NCBI GenBank assembly: GCA_035764935.1
Contig: DASTYK010000149.1
Span: 36,944 to 100,943, forward strand
Length of the DNA stretch: 64,000 bases
Reading direction: 5' to 3'
DNA from: Longimicrobiales bacterium
GTDB taxonomy: Bacteria > Gemmatimonadota > Gemmatimonadetes > Longimicrobiales > RSA9
The notes below the pieces were generated by a model. That model was not told where the DNA came from, did not search any database, and was given only the letters and a program-made list of their open reading frames with translations. Shown one piece after another: positions 18,308 through 26,711 of the stretch (position 1 is its first letter; the number at the start of each line of letters is the position of its first letter). Position numbers and translations under genes: made by a program.

Positions 18308-19147
18308 CTAGCGCGGGGGATTTTCCTGCCTCTGCTGCTGGCGCTCACGCTCCTTGCGCTCGCGCACCGCCTTGACCCGCTCCTCGAACGTTTCCTTCCC
18401 CTCCTGGCGTGCTGCCTGCGCCTGGATCTCGCCCCAGTCGCGCACGCGACCCGCCACCTCGTCGCGCTTGCCGGGGCCGGGCGAAAGGTTGATCGGAACG
18501 GGGATCGTGATGTCACCGAGATGGATCCCCTCGGGCGACACGCCCCAGCGGCCACCATCGTCGTCGGTCCGCGTCCAGTCGACGGCCCGTGCCGCTTCGG
18601 CGGCCGCGAGCGCAACGGAGTCGTTGTACGCGTCGAGGCGGCTCGACAGCCGGGAGTTCGCCTCCGCCCGAGGATCGAGGGGAGTGTGGATCGGGCTGGG
18701 CGCCCGCCACACCTCGCGGTTGCGCGCAGCGGGGCTGAGCAGCTCGCTGAACGTGGATGCACCGCGCGTCGGGGCCGGCTGGTCCGCAGTGGGCGGTGCT
18801 TCACGGACGATCGGGAGGTTGGCGGGCAGGTCGAACGAGGTCCGTGGCTGCACCGCGGGCTCCGGCTCGTCGGGCAGCACGTCGCCAGCGACCGGCTGAA
18901 TCTGCTCGATCCGGGTCCCCTGTACCGGCCGCACCGCCACGACCCGGGTCGCGCTGGCGCTCAGGTCGGTGTATGTGACGCGTTCGAAGCGGAGTCCGAG
19001 GAAGAAGAAGGCGTGGAGAGCGGCCGAAATGAGGGCGGCCGCGACCCACGCGCTGCGCGTAGACGGCCGCTCGCGGCGGGGCGGCGGCTCGGGGCCGGCC
19101 CGCGCGTGCGGAGCCGGCGGATTACGCGCGGGCAGGACTGCATTCAT
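18308..19147 (-). CDS. Hypothetical single-pass membrane protein (TonB-like N-terminal anchor, charged C-terminal tail)
   Basis: I prefer the ATG at 19147 ([11 protein letters not shown]...), which overlaps the aminotransferase stop (ATGA). TM segment: WVAAALISAALHAFFFLGL, containing an S-x3-H motif. A Pro-rich linker follows, then the C-terminal KETFEERVKAVRERKERERQQQRQ. I recognise no family for the C-terminal domain. Confidence 0.55.
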   Translation of the reverse strand: MNAVLPARNPPAPHARAGPEPPPRRERPSTRSAWVAAALISAALHAFFFLGLRFERVTYTDLSASATRVVAVRPVQGTRIEQIQPVAGDVLPDEPEPAVQPRTSFDLPANLPIVREAPPTADQPAPTRGASTFSELLSPAARNREVWRAPSPIHTPLDPRAEANSRLSSRLDAYNDSVALAAAEAARAVDWTRTDDDGGRWGVSPEGIHLGDITIPVPINLSPGPGKRDEVAGRVRDWGEIQAQAARQEGKETFEERVKAVRERKERERQQQRQENPPR

Positions 19148-20355
19148 CGTCCGGGTTGTAACCCCGTAACCATATCCGGTTCCGCGGTTTCCAGCACCCG
19201 GGCCAGGCGTCGCGCGGCCTCCTGGAGCACGTCGGCACCGCGTGTGAGCGCGACCCGGAAGAAGCCCTGTCCTCCGGCGCCGAGCGCCGCGCCCGGCATG
19301 ATCACGACGCCCTCCTGCAGCAGCGCCTGGCGCGCCAGCGTTTCCGAATCGAACCCGGTCGGCACCGGCACCCAGAGGTACATCGTGGCGCGCGGTGACG
19401 TCGCGTCGAAGCCGGCTGCGCGCAGCGCGCCAACGGCCGCGTCCCGACGCGCCTGGAACTCGGCGACGTTGCCGGGCACCCACTGGGCGGAGGTCTCCAG
19501 CGCCGCACGTGCCGCCGCCTGGACGGCCAGGAACTGACCCGTGTCGACGAACGACTTCACGCGTGCGAGCGCGGCGATGACATCCGCGCTACCCGCCGCC
19601 CAGCCGATGCGCCACCCCGTCATGTTGTACGTCTTGGAGAAGGAGTGGAACTCGACCGCGACGTCGCGCGCGCCCGGGATCTCGAGAATGCTCGGCGGAC
19701 GGTATCCGTCGAACGCGATCTCGCTGTACGCGTTGTCGTAGACGAGCAGGACGTCGTTGCGCAGACAGAACTCGACGGCGCGCTCGAGATACTCGCGCGG
19801 TGCGATCGCGGCGGTCGGGTTGTTCGGGTAGTTGAGGTACAGCACGCGCGCGGTTTTGACGACGTCCGCGGGCAGCTCCTCGAACGGGATCAGGAAGTCG
19901 TGCTCGGGGCGCAGCGGCACCGCGAAGGGGCGTCCCCCGGCCAGCAGTGTGCCGCCGACGTAGGGCTGGTAGCCCGGGTCCGGCAGGATCGTGCTGTCAC
20001 CGGGTGACACGTACGCGAAGGCCAGGTGTGCGATGCCCTCCTTGGATCCGATCAGCGGCAGCAGCTCGCGGTACGGATCGAGCTCTACGCCGAAGCGCTC
20101 CTGCATCCAGGCAGCGACGCGCTCGCGAAACGCAGGCAGCCCGAGCTGGAACGGGTAGCGGTTCATCGCGACGTCGCGCGTCGCCGCGACCAGCGCCTCG
20201 ACCGCGGCCGGGGGCGGGGCCAGGTCCGCGTCGCCGGCGCCGAGATCGATCACATCGACGCCGCGCGCGATCAGCTCGCGCTTGATCTGCGGGACATCGG
20301 CCAGCGGGTACGGCGGAAAGTTATCGAAACGGCTTGCGAGCCGGATGCGTGTCAT
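19144..20355 (-). CDS. Class I/II PLP-dependent aminotransferase (DapL/AspC-like)
   Basis: 403 aa with [43 protein letters not shown] and the [18 protein letters not shown]-lysine motif. Confidence 0.85.
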   Translation of the reverse strand: MTRIRLASRFDNFPPYPLADVPQIKRELIARGVDVIDLGAGDADLAPPPAAVEALVAATRDVAMNRYPFQLGLPAFRERVAAWMQERFGVELDPYRELLPLIGSKEGIAHLAFAYVSPGDSTILPDPGYQPYVGGTLLAGGRPFAVPLRPEHDFLIPFEELPADVVKTARVLYLNYPNNPTAAIAPREYLERAVEFCLRNDVLLVYDNAYSEIAFDGYRPPSILEIPGARDVAVEFHSFSKTYNMTGWRIGWAAGSADVIAALARVKSFVDTGQFLAVQAAARAALETSAQWVPGNVAEFQARRDAAVGALRAAGFDATSPRATMYLWVPVPTGFDSETLARQALLQEGVVIMPGAALGAGGQGFFRVALTRGADVLQEAARRLARVLETAEPDMVTGLQPGR

Positions 20356-21032
20356 GCGCTTGCTCCTGGGGGGTGCACCGGCACCCGTTGTTCGTCCTGG
20401 TCCCTCCGTGCGCGCACCACCCGGTTGCGCACGGTCGTCATGCCCTGCAGCTCCACTTCGACCTCGTCGCCTTCACGCAGCGGTCCTACGCCCTCCGGTG
20501 TTCCGGTCGCGATGATGTCGCCCGGCTCCAGCGTCATGATGCGCGAGATGTAGGCGATCAGCTGCGGTATGCCGAATACCATGTCGCTCGCGCGACCCTC
20601 CTGGCGCTGCTCTCCATTGACGCGGCAGCAGACCGCGAGCGTACGCCAGTCGACGCCATCCGCCGGGACCATCCGTCCCACCGGACAGAACGTGTCGAAG
20701 CCCTTGGCTCGCGTGAACTGTACGTCGCGCTTCTGTAGGTCACGGGCCGTGACGTCGTTGAGCGGCGCGTAGCCGGCGACGTACGCAAGCGCATCGGCCT
20801 CGGCGACGTCGCGTGCACGCTTGCCGATCACCACCGCGATCTCCGCCTCGTGCTCTACCTGCTGCGATTCCGGCGGCAGCACGATCGCGCCGCCGTTCTC
20901 GATGACCGACGACGGCGGCTTGAGGAATAGAAGCGGTTCGGAGGGGATTTCGTTGCCCAGCTCCCGGGCGTGCGCCGCGTAGTTGCGGCCGACGCACACG
21001 ATCTTGCCGGGCCGGCGATCGGTTGTGTTCAT
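20352..21032 (-). CDS. Fumarylacetoacetate hydrolase (FAH) family protein
   Basis: I prefer the ATG at 21032 ([26 protein letters not shown]). [10 protein letters not shown], the ND(V)TARD-type region and [13 protein letters not shown] are present. Its stop overlaps the aminotransferase start. Confidence 0.85.
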   Translation of the reverse strand: MNTTDRRPGKIVCVGRNYAAHARELGNEIPSEPLLFLKPPSSVIENGGAIVLPPESQQVEHEAEIAVVIGKRARDVAEADALAYVAGYAPLNDVTARDLQKRDVQFTRAKGFDTFCPVGRMVPADGVDWRTLAVCCRVNGEQRQEGRASDMVFGIPQLIAYISRIMTLEPGDIIATGTPEGVGPLREGDEVEVELQGMTTVRNRVVRARRDQDEQRVPVHPPGASA

Positions 21033-21037
21033 GGGAA

Positions 21038-23605
21038 CTAGACTATGACCGGCTCGGTCGCTTCGCCAGCGACCGGGCTGCCCGCATAGAACGATCGCAG
21101 CCCGGCGGCCAGCTCGGCCCACGGTCCCGTATGCAGCGGCGCGGGGGGCAGCGACTCCAGGAAATAGCGGCCGTACGACTTTTCGAGCACGCGGCGATCG
21201 AGCAGCACGATGGCGCCCCGATCCGCGCGCGAGCGGATCAGCCGTCCGAACCCCTGCTTCAGGCGGAGCGCAGCGTGGGGCAGCATGTAGGAACGGAAGC
21301 TGTTGCCGCCTTCGCGATCGATCGCTTCCAGCCGTGCTGCCGTCAGCGGCTCGCCCGGCACCTTGAACGGAAGCTTGGTGATCAGCAGACCGCGCAACGG
21401 CTCGCCCGGCACGTCCACGCCCTCCCAGAAGGACGCGACGCCAAGCAGGATCCCGCGGCCGCTCGCCGTGAACTCGCTGAGCAGCCGTGCCCGCGCCGCT
21501 TCGCCCTGCACGAAGAGCGGCCAGCGCCCGCCTGTCCCGCGCTCGCGCAGTGTCGCGGCGACGTTGCGGAGCGAGCGGTACGACGTGAACAGGGCAAACA
21601 GCCCGCCGTCGCTCGCGCGCGCCATGTCTTCGATGACCGTGCCGATCACTTCATCGAAGCGCGCATTCTCGTCTCCTTGCGGCGACGGCAGATCGGTCGG
21701 TACGGCAAGGAGTGTCTGTCGTTCGAAGTCGAACGGTGACTCGTAGGCGGCCTCGCGCACGCGCAGGCCCGCACCCAGCCCGAGGCGCTCGCGCATGAAA
21801 CCGAAGCCGGCACGCGTCGCAAGTGTTGCGGACGTCAGGATCGCCGTGTCGACACGCTCGAAGAGCGCGTCGCGCAGGGCTGGCGCGAGATCGATCGGCG
21901 CCGCGCGCGCGGCAACCGAGGCTTCCCGCCCGCTGCCACCACCGCGCCGCTCGATCCACCGCACGAGCGGAAACGGATCCGGCGTCGTGCGGAACACCGT
22001 CGCGAGGGATTCCGCGGCCGCGCGCACGCGCGATTCGAGTCCCTGCAGCTCGACGAGGGATTCCTCGAGCGACTCCGCCCAGCGGGGATCCTGCTGCACG
22101 CGCTCGCGCAGGCCGTTGATGCCGCGCGCGACCTCTTCGAGCACGGACTGCAGTCCCCCGAGCACGATGCCCGGCCCCTCCGTCCAGTCGCGGTCCGCGG
22201 CGTATCCCTCCTCGAGACGCACGACTCCATCCCAGGAGGACCACGTCATCTGCTCGAGCCGCACGAAGAAGTCGAGCGCCTGCTCGCGCGCACGCTCCAC
22301 CCGCTCCCGGACATGGGTGAGGTGCTGCAGTGCGTCCCCGCGCAGCAGATCATCCCTTTGCGTCTTCAGTTTCGACTCGATCGCCGGCAGCGCACCCTTG
22401 CCACGCCGTTCCAGCCGCGACAGCAGGCGCAGCACGCCCCGGCGCGTGACCTGCGCGCCAAGGTGCTCCGTGGCCGCGTCCTCGAGGTTGTGCGCCTCGT
22501 CGAGCACGACGCGCCGGTACGCGGGAAGCACGGCGGGCTCGGTGTAGTTTCCCTGCAGACGTCGTACGGCGAGGTCGCTGAAGAGCAGGTGGTGGTTGAC
22601 GACCAGGATGTCCGCGGAGGCGGCTTCACGACGCGATCGCTGGTAGAAGCACTGCTCGAAGTGCGGACAGCGCGCACGCAGGCAGACGTCGGCATCGCTC
22701 GCGACCTCCTCCCACAGCTCCGCCGACGGCTCGAACGGCAGGTCCTGCCGCGAGCCGTCGCGCGTGGTGTCGAGCCACTCCAGCAGCGCGCGCATCTCGG
22801 CCTGCTGGCCATCATCGAACAGCTGCGTCTGACCGAGCGCAGCGAGCCGCGCACGCCGGATCGAGACGTAGTTGCCGCGACCCTTGACCAGCGCGAAACG
22901 GAACGGTGCGCCGAGCGCGCGCCGCAGGAACGGCAGGTCCTTGCCGACGAGCTGCTCCTGCAGGTTGATCGTGTTCGTCGAGACGACCGTGCGCTCCCGG
23001 TTCGTCACCGCCCACGCGATCGCCGGCACCAGGTACGCCACAGACTTGCCCGTACCCGTGCCCGCCTCGTAGACACCGACGCCGCCATCGTTGTAGCTGC
23101 GCGCGATCGCGCGCGCCATCTCGCGCTGCGTCGGCCGGTCCTCGTACAGCGGATGCGCGTTGCTGATCGCGCCACCCGGCGCGAGCACCGCCTCGACATC
23201 CGTCTCTTCGATCGGCGTCAGCTCGTCCGACGCTGCGGGCTCCACCACCACGTACAGCTCGCACGCAGCGTTGTCGACGATCGCGAGGCCGATCCCCTGC
23301 GCGTACAGCCGGGCCGCGACCTGCAGATCGGCTTCCGAGGGAGTGAGATCACCGGACGGGTGGTTGTGGATCAGGAGCGAGCCCGGCTGCGCGTCACGGG
23401 CTGCGGCGAGGACGCCCGTCGCATGACCGCGTGCCACGGCCCGGGGATCGACGACCAGGCCGTTGTCGTCGACCGAGGCGACGAAGCAGACCTCGTTGCC
23501 GCGGGCGCGCGCGATCTCCGCGCGCAGCATGGCCGCGGCAGGTGGCGCGAGCTCGAGTGTGCGACCGACTCGTGTGCGCGGGACTTGGTTTCGCGAATCT
23601 GCCAC
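21038..23605 (-). CDS. Fusion protein: N-terminal JAB/MPN (JAMM) domain plus DinG/XPD-like superfamily-2 DNA helicase
   Basis: 855-aa continuous ORF with a GTG start 3 nt after the upstream stop. JAMM motif [14 protein letters not shown] (H-x-H-x7-S-x2-D) at aa 80-93, with an upstream Glu (GNEVCF). Walker A is EAGTGTGKS, the DEAH box is [11 protein letters not shown], a C-x4-C-x5-C cluster is [12 protein letters not shown], and the C-terminal helicase motifs are SATL...[17 protein letters not shown]...QGFGRLIRS. Confidence 0.8.
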   Translation of the reverse strand: MADSRNQVPRTRVGRTLELAPPAAAMLRAEIARARGNEVCFVASVDDNGLVVDPRAVARGHATGVLAAARDAQPGSLLIHNHPSGDLTPSEADLQVAARLYAQGIGLAIVDNAACELYVVVEPAASDELTPIEETDVEAVLAPGGAISNAHPLYEDRPTQREMARAIARSYNDGGVGVYEAGTGTGKSVAYLVPAIAWAVTNRERTVVSTNTINLQEQLVGKDLPFLRRALGAPFRFALVKGRGNYVSIRRARLAALGQTQLFDDGQQAEMRALLEWLDTTRDGSRQDLPFEPSAELWEEVASDADVCLRARCPHFEQCFYQRSRREAASADILVVNHHLLFSDLAVRRLQGNYTEPAVLPAYRRVVLDEAHNLEDAATEHLGAQVTRRGVLRLLSRLERRGKGALPAIESKLKTQRDDLLRGDALQHLTHVRERVERAREQALDFFVRLEQMTWSSWDGVVRLEEGYAADRDWTEGPGIVLGGLQSVLEEVARGINGLRERVQQDPRWAESLEESLVELQGLESRVRAAAESLATVFRTTPDPFPLVRWIERRGGGSGREASVAARAAPIDLAPALRDALFERVDTAILTSATLATRAGFGFMRERLGLGAGLRVREAAYESPFDFERQTLLAVPTDLPSPQGDENARFDEVIGTVIEDMARASDGGLFALFTSYRSLRNVAATLRERGTGGRWPLFVQGEAARARLLSEFTASGRGILLGVASFWEGVDVPGEPLRGLLITKLPFKVPGEPLTAARLEAIDREGGNSFRSYMLPHAALRLKQGFGRLIRSRADRGAIVLLDRRVLEKSYGRYFLESLPPAPLHTGPWAELAAGLRSFYAGSPVAGEATEPVIV

Positions 23606-23608
23606 GAC

Positions 23609-24868
23609 TCAGGTCTTCAGCGTCTTCTTCCGCGCTGCAGGGAACAGCACGTTGTTCAGGATCAGGCGGTACCCGGGCGAGTGCGGGTGCAGCGCGAGGT
23701 CCGTCGGGGCGTCACCGATCTGGTGCTGCGGGTCCTCCGGATCATGCCCGCCCAGGAACGTCCACGTCCCCTCGCCGAAGTTGCCGTGAATGTACTTCAC
23801 CCAGGGTGCGCCCTCCTCCTCCGCGAGCACGACCACACCCGGCTTGAGCCGGTCGCGCCGGAAGCTCGTCGTCAGACCGTAGAAGTCGCCCAGCACGTTC
23901 TCGTGGTTCTGCACGAGCATCGCAGGCACCGGATCGAACTTCGCGCTGAAGTCGAAGAGCTGGAAGGCACCGAGCGGCTGGCGCCATGGTGTGTTGACCT
24001 GGTGGCCGTCGATGTCGCTGAAGGAGTTCACGCCCGCGTTCGTCTGCACCTCCGCGTTCGCGAACGCCATGGTCCGGTCCCACTGCATCTTTGCCGTGGC
24101 GTCAGGATCGATCGGGGTACCGTCGGAGAACGGTGCGGCGATGTCGACGCCGATTGCCGCGAGTGCGAGCTCGATCGTCTCGGTTGCCGTGCACATGGCA
24201 AACAGAAACCCGCCTTCCGCGACATACCGGCGGATCTCCTCCGCAACGCGCTTCTTCAGTGCGGGCACGTGCGGCTCACCCTGCTCGAGCGCATTGGCCT
24301 CGTTGATCCTGACTGCTTCCTGCAGCCAGGGTGCGCCTGCGGAGGTGATGAAGAACTTCGAGTACTGCCCGGTGAAGTCCTCGTGGTGCAGGTGCAGCCA
24401 GTCGTACTCGCCCAGCCGCCCCTGCACGACCTCCGGGTCCCACAGCTTCTCGTACGTGATGTCGGCATACGTGAGGGCCAGCGTGACGGCGTCGTCCCAC
24501 GGGTTCACGTTGCTCGGAGTATAGACCGCGATCTTGGGCGCCTTCTCCAGGATCACGACCTCCATGTTCGCGTCGGCGATCTCGTTCCGGATGGCTGCTG
24601 CGTCGGCGGCACCGGTGGGCTGCACTGCGACCCCCCGCAGGGCGGCCTCGCGCCGGACGTCGGAGCGGTCCGGCAACAGGAACGAGCCCGCACGGTAGTT
24701 GAGCAGCCACTCCGCGGTGAGCCCCTGCTCGAGCACCCAGTACGTGAGGCCGTATGCCTTGAGGTGATCCGTCTGCTCGCGGTCCATGGGCACGAGCAGG
24801 TACTGGCCCGCTGCGGGCAGCGCGGACGCGAGCAGTGCGAACGTGGCGATCACCAGGCGCTTCATCAT
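23609..24868 (-). CDS. Secreted conserved hypothetical protein (possible class-I glutamine-amidotransferase-like fold)
   Basis: I prefer the ATG at 24868 (MMKRLVIATFALLASALPAAGQ signal peptide), preceded by an AGGAAGGGAA RBS. Distinctive blocks: DHLKAYGLTYWVL, YDWLHLHHEDFTGQY, GGFLFAMCTATETIELALAA, FLGGHDPED. I cannot name a confident family. Confidence 0.6.
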   Translation of the reverse strand: MMKRLVIATFALLASALPAAGQYLLVPMDREQTDHLKAYGLTYWVLEQGLTAEWLLNYRAGSFLLPDRSDVRREAALRGVAVQPTGAADAAAIRNEIADANMEVVILEKAPKIAVYTPSNVNPWDDAVTLALTYADITYEKLWDPEVVQGRLGEYDWLHLHHEDFTGQYSKFFITSAGAPWLQEAVRINEANALEQGEPHVPALKKRVAEEIRRYVAEGGFLFAMCTATETIELALAAIGVDIAAPFSDGTPIDPDATAKMQWDRTMAFANAEVQTNAGVNSFSDIDGHQVNTPWRQPLGAFQLFDFSAKFDPVPAMLVQNHENVLGDFYGLTTSFRRDRLKPGVVVLAEEEGAPWVKYIHGNFGEGTWTFLGGHDPEDPQHQIGDAPTDLALHPHSPGYRLILNNVLFPAARKKTLKT

Positions 24869-24884
24869 GGTTCCCTTCCTGCTG

Positions 24885-26708
24885 CTACTTCGACGACGAC
24901 AGACGGGCGTTGAGCTGGTCGAGCAACTGCCGGGCCTGCGGCGCGAGTGCACTCCGCGGATGCTCCAGGACCAGGCGCTCCGCGAGTAGCTGCGCCTCGG
25001 CAAACCCGTCCGGGTGGCGCGTCAGTGTTCGCGCCAGTGCGAGCAGGGCGGCCGGCGCCTCCTGCGAACGCGGCAGCTCATCGATGATCGCGCGCCGCGC
25101 CTGCTCCGCCAGTGCACCCAGCCCGGCGCGCTGCGCCGTGCTCGCCGCAAAGTCGAGCAAGGCCGCCCGCTCGCGCGCGTTGAGCGCGCGCGACTCGCTG
25201 AGCAGCAGCTCGACGGCCGCGCCACGCTCGCCCTCCGTGAGCAGCGCCAGTGCCTGGCCCACCAGCCTGCCACCGACCGGCGACGTGCGGCCGAGCAGTG
25301 TCACCAGCGCGATCGTTTCGGTTGCATCGGCGCCGCTCAGGGCCGGCGCCGCATTCATCAGCTCGGTGCGCGCCCGCTCGACGTCGCCGCGCATGAGCAG
25401 CACGCGACCGCGCACGCGCGAAGCGTTCGGTCCGCGTGCACTGCCAACGAGCACCTGGGCGTCGTCGAGCCGGCCGCTCTGGACGAGCGCGCCGCCGACA
25501 GCGCCGAGCAGCGCATCCGTCTCCATGGCGTCGGGGAACTCCGTGCGGAACGAGTCGAGTTGTGCCACCGCCTCATCGACGGCGCCTGCGCGTGCGGCAA
25601 GCTCCAGCCGGATCGCCAGCGACTGCCGCCGTTGCGGCGAGCCGGTGTCCAGTGCCCCTTCGAGCGATGCGTACTCGCTCACGGCACGTGCAGTGTCGCC
25701 GACGACGAGCGCCAGCTCGGCCACGCGCGTACGCAACGCGAGCAGCTGTTCCTCCGGCGCGTCGAGCGCCAGCAGCTCGCCGTATGCCCAGTACGCCAGC
25801 GTCGGCAGCCGGCTGCCATCCGCACGCCGCGCGACGTCCAGCAGGTAACTGCGCCGCTCCGAAGGCTGCATACCCGCTGCCGCGTCACGCGCGATGCGCA
25901 GCCCCTCGTCCGCCAGCCCGGCATCGATCGCCACCTGCGTCGCGGCGCGCACGCGCTCGTGCGAGCCGGGCGGCTCGAGGAGTGAACGGATCAGCTCGCG
26001 CACGACTGCCGCCCCACCGTCGGGCATCTGGGCGAGCCGTCGCTGCACGAGCAGGAAGCCCTGCCCGTCCTCGGCAATCGCGCGCTCCCATTCACGCACG
26101 GCCCGCTCCGCATCGCCGAGCGCGGCGTACAGGTCGCCCAGCTCGAGAGCCAGGGCATCGTCGCGTCGCACTCGTTCCCGACCCTGCTGCAGCACGGCGA
26201 GCGCGCGCTCGTAGTCGCCGCGCTGCTGCCAGATGCGCGCGACTTCGCGATAGGGCGTCTCCACGTCGGGCGTGGCACGGATCCAGGACTCGGCCGCGCG
26301 CTCGATGCCATCGATGCGATCCAGCATCGAGTACGCCCGCACGCGCATCTGGTTGCCGATCGGCGAGTCGGGATCCTCCTCGATCAGCCGGTCGACGTAT
26401 GGCAGGAGCTGCTCCGTGCGTCCTTCGACGGCCAGGATACGCTCCAGCGCGATGATCGCACTGAGCGACTGCGGGTCGCGATCGAGTATCGCGCGCAGCG
26501 CAGTGTCTGCGCCCGCCATGTCGCCGCGCCGCTCGAGGTCCATTGCGGCGCGCAGCTCGGCGAGCGCTGCATCGATCCCCGATGTCGGCGACTGCGGCTT
26601 CGGCGCCACCGCAGAGCGCGTCTGCTGCGCAACCGCGCCGGAGACCAGGCTGCCGCACAGGGCGGCCGCACTGACCGCCGTCGCCAGGTAGTGTGCGGCT
26701 CGAAGCAT
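24885..26708 (-). CDS. Secreted TPR-repeat protein
   Basis: 607 aa with signal peptide MLRAAHYLATAVSAAALCGSLVSGAVAQQ. The rest is all-helical with repeated A/L/R-rich 34-aa-like units (for example GDYERALAVLQQGRERV, LGDAERAVREWERAI). Confidence 0.7.
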   Translation of the reverse strand: MLRAAHYLATAVSAAALCGSLVSGAVAQQTRSAVAPKPQSPTSGIDAALAELRAAMDLERRGDMAGADTALRAILDRDPQSLSAIIALERILAVEGRTEQLLPYVDRLIEEDPDSPIGNQMRVRAYSMLDRIDGIERAAESWIRATPDVETPYREVARIWQQRGDYERALAVLQQGRERVRRDDALALELGDLYAALGDAERAVREWERAIAEDGQGFLLVQRRLAQMPDGGAAVVRELIRSLLEPPGSHERVRAATQVAIDAGLADEGLRIARDAAAGMQPSERRSYLLDVARRADGSRLPTLAYWAYGELLALDAPEEQLLALRTRVAELALVVGDTARAVSEYASLEGALDTGSPQRRQSLAIRLELAARAGAVDEAVAQLDSFRTEFPDAMETDALLGAVGGALVQSGRLDDAQVLVGSARGPNASRVRGRVLLMRGDVERARTELMNAAPALSGADATETIALVTLLGRTSPVGGRLVGQALALLTEGERGAAVELLLSESRALNARERAALLDFAASTAQRAGLGALAEQARRAIIDELPRSQEAPAALLALARTLTRHPDGFAEAQLLAERLVLEHPRSALAPQARQLLDQLNARLSSSK

Positions 26709-26711
26709 CGC

